DNA of 64,000 nucleotides from Candidatus Binatia bacterium (GCA_963664395.2 OY761159.2:384001-448000), one strand, 5' to 3'; counted from the first letter of the stretch, positions 48,541 through 59,257 are shown. Numbers and translations are program-made. The notes: a model not told the origin generated them from the letters alone.

Positions 48541-49803
48541 ATGAAATTCACGTGGTTTAATCTTATGCCGTGGCCGAATCTGCCGGATAATTTTCGAGAA
48601 GAGCACCATTCCGTGTGGGTGGATATTCCCAACAAGCTGTATGACCCCCACAAGGGTCACTTTGTCTACCACGAATACATGGATCAACTCGAATACGCCG
48701 ACTCGCTCGGCTATGACGGCATCGGCGTCAACGAGCATCACCAGAATGGGTACGGCCTGATGCCTTCTCCGAATATTATTGCCGCTGGCCTGGCCCGCCG
48801 CACGTCCCAGGCTGCATTGGCGGTGATTGGCAACTCACTGGCCCTGTACAACCCACCGATCCGGGTGGCTGAAGAATTTGCCATGCTGGATGTTATCTCA
48901 GGTGGCCGCCTGCTGGCCGGATTCCCGGTCGGGACTTCGATGGACACCAACTATTGCTACGGCCAGATTCCGAGCCTGACCCGCGATAAATATGCTGAAG
49001 CGCACGAGCTGGTCATGCGCGCCTGGCATGAGGAAGAACCGTTTGCCTTTGACGGGAAATACAATCAACTCCGCTATGTGAATCTGTGGCCCAAGCCTAT
49101 TCAAAAGCCCAATCCTCCGATCTACATCCCTGGCGGCGGTTCGGTCGAAACCTGGGACTTCTGCCTGGATAACGACTACAACTACTCCTACCTGTCCTTC
49201 ACCGGCTATCAGCGTGGGAAAAAATTGATGGATGGCTATTGGGATCGCGTAGCCGCACGCGGCAAAGACGAGTCCCCCTATCGGGCTGCCTTTGCCCAGA
49301 CCATCTGCGTGGCCGATACGGACCAGCAAGCCGAAGAGATGTACTCCGAACACGTCAGTTATTTCTATAATCGCTGCTTACACGTCCACGGCGGTTTTGC
49401 CGACGCGCCGGGGTATCGTACGGTCAAGACCATTAAGGCCGATGTCCTCAACGCCTTGAGTGAGGAGATGCAGAGTCTCTTTCCAAGCCTGACCTGGAAA
49501 GAGCTTGTTGATGAAGGCTATATCATTGCCGGCAGTCCGGCCACGGTCCGCGAACGCATGGAAGACCTCATTAAGTCTCTCCACGTTGGACATATCTTCT
49601 GCCTGATCCATATCGGCAACATGCCTGACTGGAAAACGCGCTACTCGACCAAGCTCTTTGCCGAACAAGTCATGCCCCACCTGCGCGACATGTGGCCGGA
49701 GTGGAAAGACGACAAGCGCTGGTGGTGTAAGCCGCTGGACGAGCGGCTGCACCCCGAAACCGGTATTGAGCAGGCGCGCCAGGACGCAAGGATGCCGCTA
49801 TGA
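48541..49803 (+). CDS. LLM class flavin-dependent oxidoreductase
   Basis: NEHHQ, PIRVAEEFAMLDVISGGRL, WPKPIQKPNPP. Confidence 0.92.
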   Translation: MKFTWFNLMPWPNLPDNFREEHHSVWVDIPNKLYDPHKGHFVYHEYMDQLEYADSLGYDGIGVNEHHQNGYGLMPSPNIIAAGLARRTSQAALAVIGNSLALYNPPIRVAEEFAMLDVISGGRLLAGFPVGTSMDTNYCYGQIPSLTRDKYAEAHELVMRAWHEEEPFAFDGKYNQLRYVNLWPKPIQKPNPPIYIPGGGSVETWDFCLDNDYNYSYLSFTGYQRGKKLMDGYWDRVAARGKDESPYRAAFAQTICVADTDQQAEEMYSEHVSYFYNRCLHVHGGFADAPGYRTVKTIKADVLNALSEEMQSLFPSLTWKELVDEGYIIAGSPATVRERMEDLIKSLHVGHIFCLIHIGNMPDWKTRYSTKLFAEQVMPHLRDMWPEWKDDKRWWCKPLDERLHPETGIEQARQDARMPL

Positions 49804-50582
49804 ACAGCCGCATGATTGAGACGGGACGTGGAGCCAAGGTCCACGTCCTTGACGCCGGTAGCGGCGAGCCGCTGGTCTTTATGCACGGCGCCGGCGGCTT
49901 ATTCCCAGAGAATCCGTTCCTCGACCAATTGGCCCACCACTACCATGTGTTTGCCCCGGAATTCCCCGGCTTTGGCGCATCGACCGGCGAAGAATTGCTG
50001 GAAGATATGCTGGACTTCACCTTACACGGTTGGGATGTGGTACAAGAGCTGGGCTTGACCAAGCCGCATATTGTCGGTCATTCCATGGGTGGCATGATTG
50101 CCGCGGAAATGGCAGCCCTGGTGCCGCATGACGTTTCCAAGCTGGTCCTGGTCGCCTCGGCCGGTCTGTGGCTACCGGAGCATCCGATTCCGGATATTTT
50201 TTCCTTTCTGCCGCATGAGTTCGCGCAGTATCTGTTTCATGACCGGTCTCAGGGTGAGGCCATGTTGACCGGCGGCCTCGACCTCAAAAACCCTGAAGCC
50301 CTGAAAGAGTTCTATATCGGCAATACGCGCCGTTTGGGCATGGCCGGGAAAATTCTTTTCCCCATTCCCAACCGGCGACTTTCAAAACGCCTGTACCGCC
50401 TCAGCGCACCAACGCTGCTCGTGTGGGGCAAGAATGACGCGCTCATTCCGCCGGTCTACGCGGAGCGATTCAAAGCGCAGATTGCTAATGCTGAGATTGT
50501 TGAAATCGAAAAAGCCGGTCACATGCTTCCCTACGAACAACCGGAAGAATTTGTTCGTGCAGTTACGACCTTTCTACAGTAG
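49800..50582 (+). CDS. Alpha/beta fold hydrolase
   Basis: HGAGG, GHSMGG, WGKND, AGH; ATGA overlap with the LLM gene. Confidence 0.9.
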   Translation: MNSRMIETGRGAKVHVLDAGSGEPLVFMHGAGGLFPENPFLDQLAHHYHVFAPEFPGFGASTGEELLEDMLDFTLHGWDVVQELGLTKPHIVGHSMGGMIAAEMAALVPHDVSKLVLVASAGLWLPEHPIPDIFSFLPHEFAQYLFHDRSQGEAMLTGGLDLKNPEALKEFYIGNTRRLGMAGKILFPIPNRRLSKRLYRLSAPTLLVWGKNDALIPPVYAERFKAQIANAEIVEIEKAGHMLPYEQPEEFVRAVTTFLQ

Positions 50583-50711
50583 ACAGCACGGGCGCTACGC
50601 CCGTGCCTACTTTCCCATCCATACGCAACACCTGCTTCGTCCAAGTCTTTCCTCAACCGGCCCGAAGTGGTATGGCGGAAAGCGTACGGCAACAATTGAG
50701 GGAGGGAGTCC

Positions 50712-51557
50712 ATGCCGATTCAGAGCGTAGAGCGCACTACTGCGCCGGACGATATCCTCGCCATTCTCGAACGAGACGGGGTGGTCATCATCCGTGAGTT
50801 GGTTGATCGGACCGCCATGCAAGAGATGATGGGCAAGATCGAGCCCAGACTCGCCGAGCGCAAAACCGGCGGGGGCAAGTTTTTCGGGTATCGCAAACGC
50901 AGTATAGGCGCGCTGTTTTCCCACGGGCCGGAGCTGAGCCGACTCCCTCTCAACCCGGTCGTGCAATCACTCGCAGACACGGTTCTCGGTCCGAGCTGTA
51001 ACACCTACCAGCTCCATGCCACCGGGGCGATACAGGTCTGGGGTGATGGACAAAACCAACCGCTGCACCGAGAACTCGACGCCTATACACCGTTTATCAA
51101 GCTCAATCCGGACGATCCGGAATATATTCTCTTTTTCATGTTTGCCGGTAGCGACTTCAGCGCTGAAAACGGCGCAACCCGGCTCGTGCCGGGCAGCCAT
51201 CGCTGGCCGGCAGACCGACACGCCGCCGAAGCGGAAGTCGCCCAGGCCGTCATGCCCCAGGGATCGGCTGTGGTGTGGCTCGGCAAAACGCTGCACGGGC
51301 TGGGGACGAATACGACTGACACCCCACGCACCGGCCTGTTTTTTTCCTTTAGCGTGGGTTGGCTGCGGCAGGAAGAGAATCAGTATTTAGCCGTCCCGAT
51401 TGATATCGCGAAAGAACTGCCGGAACGCTTGCAGCAGTTGCTCGGCTATCGGTCGCACGGCACCTTCCTCGGCTGGGTTGATGGCCGGGATAGTGAACTG
51501 CAAACCCGCGAGACCCCACTCGAAATGTTTGAAGATGTCGAAGGGGTGACGTATTGA
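50712..51557 (+). CDS. Phytanoyl-CoA dioxygenase family Fe(II)/2OG enzyme
   Basis: QPLHRE, ENGATRLVPGSH, LHG..N...R, WLRQEENQY. Confidence 0.88.
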   Translation: MPIQSVERTTAPDDILAILERDGVVIIRELVDRTAMQEMMGKIEPRLAERKTGGGKFFGYRKRSIGALFSHGPELSRLPLNPVVQSLADTVLGPSCNTYQLHATGAIQVWGDGQNQPLHRELDAYTPFIKLNPDDPEYILFFMFAGSDFSAENGATRLVPGSHRWPADRHAAEAEVAQAVMPQGSAVVWLGKTLHGLGTNTTDTPRTGLFFSFSVGWLRQEENQYLAVPIDIAKELPERLQQLLGYRSHGTFLGWVDGRDSELQTRETPLEMFEDVEGVTY

Positions 51558-51569
51558 GGAGCTACCCGC

Positions 51570-52574
51570 ATGGCAGAGTTTAACTACTCAGCGTTTTTTC
51601 GCCGGATTCAAGACCTCAAGCAGTTGCAGATCAGGGCGGAAGACGTCTCCTGGGTCGAGAAACATCACACGCCCGACCGAACCTACGAGACCGTGCTGTA
51701 TCTGGGCTGCAATATCTTACGCACGCCCCATATCGCCAAGCAGGTCATCGACGTGTTTACCCACCTGGGGATCGATTTTATTCCCGTCGGCGGGGTGCAG
51801 TTCTGCTGCGGTATTGTCTGGGACAAATTTGACGGTCCGAAGAAAGGAAGTCAGGTTTCTGATCGGACGGTTGGGCGCTTGGAATCTTATCAGCCCAAAC
51901 GAGTAGTCATGTGGTGCCCATCCTGCAACGTCCATTTCAAGGACGTTATCATTGGTCGTGACAGCCGCCAGCCGCAGTTCGAGATCACCCATACCACCCA
52001 GTTCCTGGCCGAGATGGTCCAGCGCGGCGAGATCGCGTGGGACCGAGCAGTTCCTGGCAAGGTCGCCCTCCATACCCACGTGGGCCGCACCGGGCATGAA
52101 GAGGGACAGCGGCGGGCCAAGATCGACCGAGAGGCGGCGGCCACACTCCTGGGTTCGATTCCCGGTGTCGAGCTGCTTGACGAGCTTCAGTCTCCGCCGG
52201 AGCTGGACTACGACTGCGGAGCGGCCGGCCTGCGTCTGCCGCCACAGCGCTTTCAGGCCATCCGGACCGAACTGGTCCATTCGCTCAAGAGCACGAGCCC
52301 GGCGGACACCTTGGCAACCATCTCACACGCCTGTCATCGCGAGTGGTGCGACATCGGCGACACTCGTCTCAGCGTCCGCAATTATATCTCCATCGTTGCC
52401 GAAGCATTAGGGCTTGAGACCGAGCACGACCAACTCGGTGATTTCAAGCAGACCACCGACCTCGAAGACATCCTGGATCGTTCGCGTGACGCCTGGGAGT
52501 CGCACGGGCTCAGCCGCGAGCAGGCCAGAGACCTGGCGGCCAGGTATTTCGCAGACGGCGCCATGGCTCCGTAG
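51570..52574 (+). CDS. CCG-domain (HdrB/GlpC-like) Fe-S protein
   Basis: YLGC, FCCG, WCPSC; degenerate second domain (DCG, HACH). Confidence 0.78.
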   Translation: MAEFNYSAFFRRIQDLKQLQIRAEDVSWVEKHHTPDRTYETVLYLGCNILRTPHIAKQVIDVFTHLGIDFIPVGGVQFCCGIVWDKFDGPKKGSQVSDRTVGRLESYQPKRVVMWCPSCNVHFKDVIIGRDSRQPQFEITHTTQFLAEMVQRGEIAWDRAVPGKVALHTHVGRTGHEEGQRRAKIDREAAATLLGSIPGVELLDELQSPPELDYDCGAAGLRLPPQRFQAIRTELVHSLKSTSPADTLATISHACHREWCDIGDTRLSVRNYISIVAEALGLETEHDQLGDFKQTTDLEDILDRSRDAWESHGLSREQARDLAARYFADGAMAP

Positions 52575-52629
52575 TCCACGGCTCCGTAGTTCATGAGACG
52601 CGGCGCAGGTCTGAGGGCCGGTCTTTTTC

Positions 52630-53073
52630 CTACAGTTCAACCTTGAAGGTATCCGCCAGGCCGTTGGCGTAAGAGATACGCTTGGGAGTGAGGCGCATCA
52701 TGCGCAAGCTGTCATAGCCAAAGAACGGTTCTTCAAACGGATTCTTGGTCAGGAAACGTTCTTTTAATTCGTCCCATTCGGCGCTGTCCCGAGCGACCTC
52801 CGTGGCGAGCCCCTGTATCGTCGCGCGCGCTACTTGCAAGGTTGCAACATCGGCCGTGTCTCTATTATCAATCGCAACCGTCGCCTGGGGACGCGTGAGT
52901 AGATTGGAATACTTCTCCGCGGCAGCCAACATAATGAAAATCAAATCCAGCTCGTCGGTCTGTCCAAACGCCTGTAGATGGGCCGTCGGCCAGGCCTCCC
53001 CCTGGGTTGTGAGGACGGCCACGTGCTGCTGGGCGCATAAGTCCGCGAGTTTTTGTTTCTGCTCGGCATCCAT
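52630..53073 (-). CDS. Pyridoxamine 5'-phosphate oxidase-like flavin-binding protein
   Basis: AVLTT, K..NL...P.ATVAID, IQG.A split-barrel pattern. Confidence 0.75.
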   Translation of the reverse strand: MDAEQKQKLADLCAQQHVAVLTTQGEAWPTAHLQAFGQTDELDLIFIMLAAAEKYSNLLTRPQATVAIDNRDTADVATLQVARATIQGLATEVARDSAEWDELKERFLTKNPFEEPFFGYDSLRMMRLTPKRISYANGLADTFKVEL

Positions 53074-53124
53074 GCATGTCTCCCTTCCTTATTCCACGCA
53101 AGTCAGGTGAAGAGTCTGTCCCGG

Positions 53125-53706
53125 CTATCCCGGCTCCCGCTCGTTAAACGTCACGATCTTCCGAAACCTGTTGAGCACCTCTTCCCCGTAGTCGGCCCGA
53201 ATCTGTTCGGTGATCTTCGGCGGCACCCCGACGTCGTCACGCGCGTCGACCTCCCCGGTAATAACGGTCAGCAGGACGCTGTCTGTGTCCGCGACGTTGC
53301 GAAAGCCGCGATACACGCCCGGCGGACAGGAGAACACATCCCATTTATTGAGCCTGACCGTCTCCTGCCCTTCCTCACCAACGGCAAACTCGAACGCCCC
53401 GTCGAGGACCATAAAGGTCTCGTAGGTGCTGTTGTGGGCGTGTAAACACGGCCCTTGGCCGGGCGGGCAGACAGACACGTTCATCGTTGTGCCGGCCGCG
53501 CCAAATATCGCGGCCGTCTCACCAAACGGATTCTTGGTCTTCTCCAGAATGACCGGCATCAGGCGGCGGGCAAAGATGACATCCATCGCGGCCTGCGGCA
53601 CGTCCGCCATATCCTTGGCCGTGGACATGGGCTGGAGCCGATCAAACCGGGCGACCCGCTGGGCAATGTCTTCTTTGGTCATGTTGCGGTTTTCTCCATT
53701 ATTCAT
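53125..53706 (-). CDS. Cupin domain protein
   Basis: PPGQGPCLHAH...ETF.VLDG, PPGVYRGFRN. Confidence 0.85.
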   Translation of the reverse strand: MNNGENRNMTKEDIAQRVARFDRLQPMSTAKDMADVPQAAMDVIFARRLMPVILEKTKNPFGETAAIFGAAGTTMNVSVCPPGQGPCLHAHNSTYETFMVLDGAFEFAVGEEGQETVRLNKWDVFSCPPGVYRGFRNVADTDSVLLTVITGEVDARDDVGVPPKITEQIRADYGEEVLNRFRKIVTFNEREPG

Positions 53707-53734
53707 GTGGCTGCCCTCCTTCAGATTTGTGGTC

Positions 53735-54931
53735 TTACCATAAACGCTCGGACACCAAGGCCGCGCCTTGACTCAGCACGTGTAATTTCGCCCATACCAC
53801 GTCCTCAGCCACCATGGTATAGCCGGCGAAGGTTGAGAACCCACAGTCGGTACTGGCGATAATGCGTTCCCGCTCGCCAACCACGTCGATGATCCGCTCA
53901 ATGCGTTCGGCCACGACCTCGGGGTGTTCGAGATAATTCGTGGTCACATCCACCACGCCGGGAAAGAGCAGCATATCATCCGGGAGGGGGTAGGACACAA
54001 AAAGCTCGCCCTCATGCTGATGACGCGGGTTGGCGAATGGGATGCTCAGCCCGCCCACATTGGCTTGATACAGGAGTGGCAAGAGGGGTTCCAAATCCAT
54101 GTCGTCGATGTGCGGACCGTCCCAGTTCCCCCAGCACACGTGCAGGCGCACGCGGTCTTTGGGGATGTTGACCAAGGCGGCGTTGAGCGCCTCGATATGC
54201 AGCTCGACCCGTTTGAGAAAGGCATCCAGCGGTTTGTCCACATACAGAATCTGGCGCTCAAGGGCCAGGTCGGGTCCATCGACCTGAAGAATATGGCCGT
54301 GCTCAACAATGAGTTCATATTCGCTGCGCAGTTCCTCGGCCAAGGCCAGCACATAGTCTCTGTCAGTGGCGTAGTCCGGATGGTCCGGATTGCGCAACAG
54401 GGTTGTCGAGACAATGCCCGGAGTGGCGGCGGTCACAAACGTCTCTGTCGCCCGGTTCCCGACCCCGGTTCGCTCCAGGGATTGTGTGAAGAGACGCAGT
54501 TCTTGTTGCGCGGCACGCCGCTCTGAGTCGTATTGCACGGCGTATTGGCATTCCGGCATAGCGTATAGGGTTGCACTCTTGGAAATCTCATCTCCGCTGG
54601 CCGCCTGCTGTTGCTTGAGTTTGGCGTAGCCTGGGAATTTTGCAAAATCAGTCACCGTACCGCGGGGCGAGTGACCCCCAAAGCCTGCCATGCGGTCCTT
54701 GACATAAAAAGAGAAGCCGAGCCGGGGCAGTTCGCCATCACCGATAATATCCACCCCCGCTTCGTCCTGTTTTTGCAGTATATAGTCGAGGTCGTGGGCG
54801 ACCTGTTTTTCAAACGCGGCGGCGTCAATCGCCTGACCGGCTTCTCGATCTACCAGCATCTGAAGGAGTCTGTCAGCGCGCGGCAGACTGCCAACATGCG
54901 TGGTGAGAATACGATCAGCGCTGTGTTGCAT
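53735..54931 (-). CDS. Cobalamin-independent methionine synthase II (single-barrel MetE-like) family
   Basis: TTHVGSLPR, DGE, LHVCWGN, NPRH.HE, PGVVD, TDCGF. Confidence 0.88.
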   Translation of the reverse strand: MQHSADRILTTHVGSLPRADRLLQMLVDREAGQAIDAAAFEKQVAHDLDYILQKQDEAGVDIIGDGELPRLGFSFYVKDRMAGFGGHSPRGTVTDFAKFPGYAKLKQQQAASGDEISKSATLYAMPECQYAVQYDSERRAAQQELRLFTQSLERTGVGNRATETFVTAATPGIVSTTLLRNPDHPDYATDRDYVLALAEELRSEYELIVEHGHILQVDGPDLALERQILYVDKPLDAFLKRVELHIEALNAALVNIPKDRVRLHVCWGNWDGPHIDDMDLEPLLPLLYQANVGGLSIPFANPRHQHEGELFVSYPLPDDMLLFPGVVDVTTNYLEHPEVVAERIERIIDVVGERERIIASTDCGFSTFAGYTMVAEDVVWAKLHVLSQGAALVSERLW

Positions 54932-55078
54932 TCACCCCCCCTACTTGAGCACGAGTCGTCGGAATCCAGACATAATGAATTTCAACTTGGCGCGCAAGAT
55001 TATCTTTCTCCCGACTCATTCGCTATACTCACGCCGCAACATTCTGCGTAAATGCCCTGCGATAAAAAGGAGAAAGCC

Positions 55079-56170
55079 ATGCCTGCGGATGTCCTCACCG
55101 TTCGCGCCCTGCGCGCCCGTGCGGTCAGCTTGCCCATGAATCGCCCCATACATACCGGGGGTGGATCGGTCACAAAATTCCCTATGGTTCTAGTTGATCT
55201 TGAGACCGAGGAAGGCATTTGCGGCTGTAGCTATATCTTCTGCTATGCCCCATTTGTCATGACACCGATGGTGAAGCTCCTCGAAAATCTGGGCGAGCTT
55301 ATCGTTGGCGACAACGTTGCCCCGCTCGCCCTGGAAGAAAAGCTCCACGGGTCTTTCCGTTTACTCGGTCCGCAAGGTTTTACGGCCATGGCCGCGGCCG
55401 GGATCGACATGGCCGCCTGGGACGTCTGCGCCAAAGCGGCAGGACAGCCCCTGGTCCAACTCTTAGGCGGGAAGTCACAGCCCATTCCAGCCTACAATAG
55501 TACGGGCTTGAGCATTATGGACGTGGACCGGGTGCGGAGTGAGGCACGCGAGTTGGTTGAGCCGGGCTTCAGTGCCATGAAAGTGCGGCTTGGCTATGAA
55601 GATGCCCGAGCAGATGTCGAGATCGTGCGTGCCATCCGCAATGCCGTGCCGGACGAGATTACGCTGATGTCGGACTACAACCAGGCCCTGTCCGTTGCCG
55701 AGGCCGTGCAGCGCGCCCACGCGCTTGCCGGCGAAGGGCTGTGCTGGATTGAGGAGCCGACCCGGGCGGATGATTACGCCGGCTATGCGCACATCCGCCA
55801 AGCCGCCCATGCGCCCATCCAGCTTGGAGAGAACTTCTGGGGGCCGCACGACATGGCCAAGGCAATCGCGGCAGGGTCCGGGGATTTTCTCATGCCCGAT
55901 GTCAATAAAATCGGCGGCGTGTCCGGCTGGCTGCGGGCAGTCGCACTGGCCGAGCCGGGCGGTATTCCCATCTCCTCTCATCTCTACCCGGAAATCAGCG
56001 TACACCTGCTGGCCGCAACTCCCACGCGACACTGGCTAGAGTATGTGGACTGGGCTGAGCCGGTTCTCCAGGAACCAACCCGGATTGAAGCCGGCTATGC
56101 CTTTCCCTCATCAACCCCGGGGACTGGCATCGCCTGGAATGAGGAGGCGGTCGCCCGGTATTTAGTCTAG
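55079..56170 (+). CDS. Mandelate racemase-like enolase superfamily protein
   Basis: GIDMAAWD, KVRLG, DYNQ, WIEEP, GEN, SSH, WLEY. Confidence 0.88.
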   Translation: MPADVLTVRALRARAVSLPMNRPIHTGGGSVTKFPMVLVDLETEEGICGCSYIFCYAPFVMTPMVKLLENLGELIVGDNVAPLALEEKLHGSFRLLGPQGFTAMAAAGIDMAAWDVCAKAAGQPLVQLLGGKSQPIPAYNSTGLSIMDVDRVRSEARELVEPGFSAMKVRLGYEDARADVEIVRAIRNAVPDEITLMSDYNQALSVAEAVQRAHALAGEGLCWIEEPTRADDYAGYAHIRQAAHAPIQLGENFWGPHDMAKAIAAGSGDFLMPDVNKIGGVSGWLRAVALAEPGGIPISSHLYPEISVHLLAATPTRHWLEYVDWAEPVLQEPTRIEAGYAFPSSTPGTGIAWNEEAVARYLV

Positions 56171-56181
56171 CATCAGCCCTA

Positions 56182-56513
56182 TATCCGCCCTTGTTCCAAG
56201 CCTTAACCACAAACGAAGAAACCATCCGCTGGACTGCACGCGAAGGGCGCACGACGGGGCGATTTTCTTGTTCAGCCGGTTCCACGCCAAGTTTGCTCAA
56301 GAGATTCCAACAACGATTGAGCCCTTGATCGAGGCCGGTATTGCCTTTGTCGGGACGGTCGATGATATCCGGCGACAACTGGAAGCGGTCAGAGAAAAAC
56401 TCAACCCGGACTGGTTCATGATTCTCTCTGACCAGGGATTCCTACCTCAGGACGAGATGAAAGAGCAGTTGGACATTCTGGGGACAAAGATTATTCCCGA
56501 GTTTGCTCAGTAA
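56182..56513 (+). pseudogene. Degraded LLM monooxygenase remnant
   Basis: YPPLFQALTTNEETIRWTAREG fragment, then C-terminal AFVGTVDDIRRQL...LGTKIIPEF; N-terminal half absent. Confidence 0.65.
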
Positions 56514-56601
56514 GTGAGCGGTCGAGTTTCGCTCCACTGCGAGTACCCTCTCCCGCCGGGAGAGGGCTGGGGTGAGGGTTCCTTTTTCAGCAACCCAACG
56601 G

Positions 56602-56988
56602 TTACGGGCGTTGTTTGCGCATCGAGTTCTTGACCAGAATCTTGCCGCCCCTAAAGGTCAGCACATCACAACCGCGCGCCCTCACTTTGGTACCGTCCGC
56701 TACCCTGGTCCCGGTAAATATCCACTCACACCCCCCTCGATTGCCCGCAATAAAGTCTTTACCCACCGGCTCAAAGTGGGCATCCGGATAGCCTTTCCAC
56801 AGACTGGCAAACCCTTTGCGGACTTCCTCTCTACCCTCCCACTTGGTCCCCTCGACCTCGGTGCCGACGGAGGCCATAAACACACAACCATCGGCCATAT
56901 GCTCCATCAGTTTGTCGAGGTCCTTATCGTTCCAGGCCTGGGTAAAATTCGCCAGAAATTCAGGGGTCACTTCGTTTGTGTCAGACAT
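56602..56988 (-). CDS. NTF2/SnoaL-like protein
   Basis: F..AWN.KD.D.LM, GREEVR.GF, PDAHF, EW.FTGT, GCD..TF..GKI..K. Confidence 0.85.
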   Translation of the reverse strand: MSDTNEVTPEFLANFTQAWNDKDLDKLMEHMADGCVFMASVGTEVEGTKWEGREEVRKGFASLWKGYPDAHFEPVGKDFIAGNRGGCEWIFTGTRVADGTKVRARGCDVLTFRGGKILVKNSMRKQRP

Positions 56989-57072
56989 ACGCTCGTCCTC
57001 CGTCGCGGTAGCAGTCCACTCATACGGGCTGATACTATCACCACATTCTTCATGAAAGATATGGAGGACAGC

Positions 57073-57837
57073 ATGATTATCGGCCACGAACTGTACGGCA
57101 GCGGCCCGGAAGGCGTTATCGTCATGCACGACTTCTACGGCTGCCGGGATACCTGGGCGTTCGCCCGCAATTTTTTTGACACCCGGAATTTTACTTTCGC
57201 ATTCGTTGAGGTACGCGGCTACGGCGAGTCGCGCCATATTCCCGGCGAATACACGCCGGTTGAAGCCGCGTCCGACATCCTCGCCCTGGCCGACAATCTG
57301 GGCTGGGAACAATTTCATATTGTCGGCCATTCCATGAGCGGTATGCTGGCCCAAAGGGTCGTCCTCGACGGTGGCGAGCGCGTTAAATCGGCGATCCTCA
57401 ATACGCCGGTTGCCGCGACCGGCTTGGCTTTTTCTCCCGAGGGCCTGGCCGTCATCACCGATTCGATTACCGACAACGACGCCCTGGCCCAAGCCTTCGA
57501 CGTCCTGACCGGCAACCGGCTGTGCCGGGAATGGCTCGATTTCAAAATCCGGCAAACCCGCTCAACCCGCAGCAAAGAAGCCCAGGCCGGTTATCTGAAA
57601 AGCCTGGCTCAACAAGGCTTTCTCGACCGGATGAAGGGCAATACCACGCCCATGCTCATCATCATTGGCGAGTTCGACATGGAGCCGTTCACTGTGGCGA
57701 TAACAAAAGAGACCTTTCTCACCTGGTATCCCAACGCCGAAATGGCCGTCTGCCGCAACGCCGGTCACTACCCACAGCAGGAAGCGCCCGTCTACGTCGC
57801 CACAGTCATCAATCGGTTTTTGCAAAAGCAGCTTTGA
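57073..57837 (+). CDS. Alpha/beta fold hydrolase
   Basis: GGAGG RBS; RGYGES, GHSMSG, GEFD, AGHYP. Confidence 0.88.
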   Translation: MIIGHELYGSGPEGVIVMHDFYGCRDTWAFARNFFDTRNFTFAFVEVRGYGESRHIPGEYTPVEAASDILALADNLGWEQFHIVGHSMSGMLAQRVVLDGGERVKSAILNTPVAATGLAFSPEGLAVITDSITDNDALAQAFDVLTGNRLCREWLDFKIRQTRSTRSKEAQAGYLKSLAQQGFLDRMKGNTTPMLIIIGEFDMEPFTVAITKETFLTWYPNAEMAVCRNAGHYPQQEAPVYVATVINRFLQKQL

Positions 57838-57962
57838 GGGGGGAAAGTAAGGCAATCGTATTTCCACTCCCCTCCCAAGAGGGGATTTTCCTGACCTTCT
57901 TTGTCCGTCTCTACCCATTTTTTCCCATGTCCCGTATGCTCCACAGAAAAAAGGAGCCCAGT

Positions 57963-59084
57963 ATGAAAGTCGTCGACGGCGACAGTCACTTGATCGAACC
58001 CCTGGATTTATACCTCCAGTATATTGAGCCGGCCTACCGCGAGCGGGCCATGCATGTGGAGCAGGATAGCGCCAGCGGCAAGCTCCGCATGGTAGTGGAT
58101 AACAAGTCCATGCGACTCGGGAGCGAAATCGACGAGATGCTCAGCATCGTCGTCGGTTATGGGCAGAAGGAAGCCGGCAGTGCGCTCAACGAGTTTGACC
58201 GGTCTCTGTATGCGGGCGGCGACTGGCAGGACATGGACAAGCGCCTGCAATTTCTGGATGCCGAGGGCATTGATTATCAGGTCCTCTACCCCACCCTGGG
58301 CCTCTTATGGGAAGGCGAAGTCCAGGACCCGCCGCTCGCCGCGGCGCTCTGTCGGGCCTATAATACCTGGGCGTTTGAGGTCAGCGCCGGCCATCGTGAC
58401 CGCCTCTTTCCCTCGGCCCATATCTCGCTCCGTGAACCAACGCTGGCCGTGCAGGAGATACAACGGGTGGCCAAACTCGGCGCGCGTTCCATCATGATCG
58501 GCTCCGCACCTATCAACGGCAAGAGCTTCGGCCATCCGGATTACGATCCGCTCTGGGCAGCCGCTCAGGATTGCAATCTGGCCGTCAGTATCCACCCGGC
58601 CGGCAACAAGGAATATCTCGGTAGCGCCTGGTATAAAAACCGCAACCCCGGCTTCATGTTTATCTCCATGAATATCATCCAGGACCCCCGTATGTCGCTG
58701 AGCACCATGGTGTATGACGGCGTGTTCGAGCGCTTTCCCAAATTGCGCGCGGCAACCGTGGAATCCATGGGCAGTTGGGTCGGGGAGTGGATTGAGCGTT
58801 TTGACTATCGCTACCAATACATGCGCCACACCTCGCAGATGAAGCGCCCGATTCGAGAGTATCTGGCCCGCAATATCTGGATCAACGCCGACCCGAGCGA
58901 AAAGCTGCTGCCGTATATCGTCCAGTTTGCCGGAGATGAGAAATTCTTCGTTGGCTCGGACTATCCGCACGCCGAGGGCTTTACCAAGCCGGTAGAGACC
59001 ATGCGCGATTTGCTCTCCGCGCTGCCAACGCAGTCGGTCGATAAAATCCTGGGAGCGAATGCCGCCACGTTTTATGGTATTTGA
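57963..59084 (+). CDS. Amidohydrolase_2 family protein
   Basis: DGDSH..EP, QVLYPT, AYN.W, IHP, GVFERFPKL, GSDYPH. Confidence 0.9.
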   Translation: MKVVDGDSHLIEPLDLYLQYIEPAYRERAMHVEQDSASGKLRMVVDNKSMRLGSEIDEMLSIVVGYGQKEAGSALNEFDRSLYAGGDWQDMDKRLQFLDAEGIDYQVLYPTLGLLWEGEVQDPPLAAALCRAYNTWAFEVSAGHRDRLFPSAHISLREPTLAVQEIQRVAKLGARSIMIGSAPINGKSFGHPDYDPLWAAAQDCNLAVSIHPAGNKEYLGSAWYKNRNPGFMFISMNIIQDPRMSLSTMVYDGVFERFPKLRAATVESMGSWVGEWIERFDYRYQYMRHTSQMKRPIREYLARNIWINADPSEKLLPYIVQFAGDEKFFVGSDYPHAEGFTKPVETMRDLLSALPTQSVDKILGANAATFYGI

Positions 59085-59121
59085 TGAAGGCGGTGGACAT
59101 GAGGCTGTAGCCATGCCGTTG

Positions 59122-59204
59122 CGCTCGCTGGATGCCGGACTTGATCCGGCATCCAGCGAGCGTCGGGGGCGGGGGACCTGGATTCCTGCTTCCGCAGGAA
59201 TGAC
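59122..59204. repeat. REP-like composite: 18-bp perfect inverted repeat plus GGATTCCTGC..GCAGGAATGACG unit
   Basis: CGCTCGCTGGATGCCGGA-cttga-TCCGGCATCCAGCGAGCG; related to 40286-40313 and 1714-1740. Confidence 0.75.
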
Positions 59205-59257
59205 GGGCGACTGTACAGAATCGTAATTTGCTCTGGCCGGTCCGAAAGAAGGCAAAG

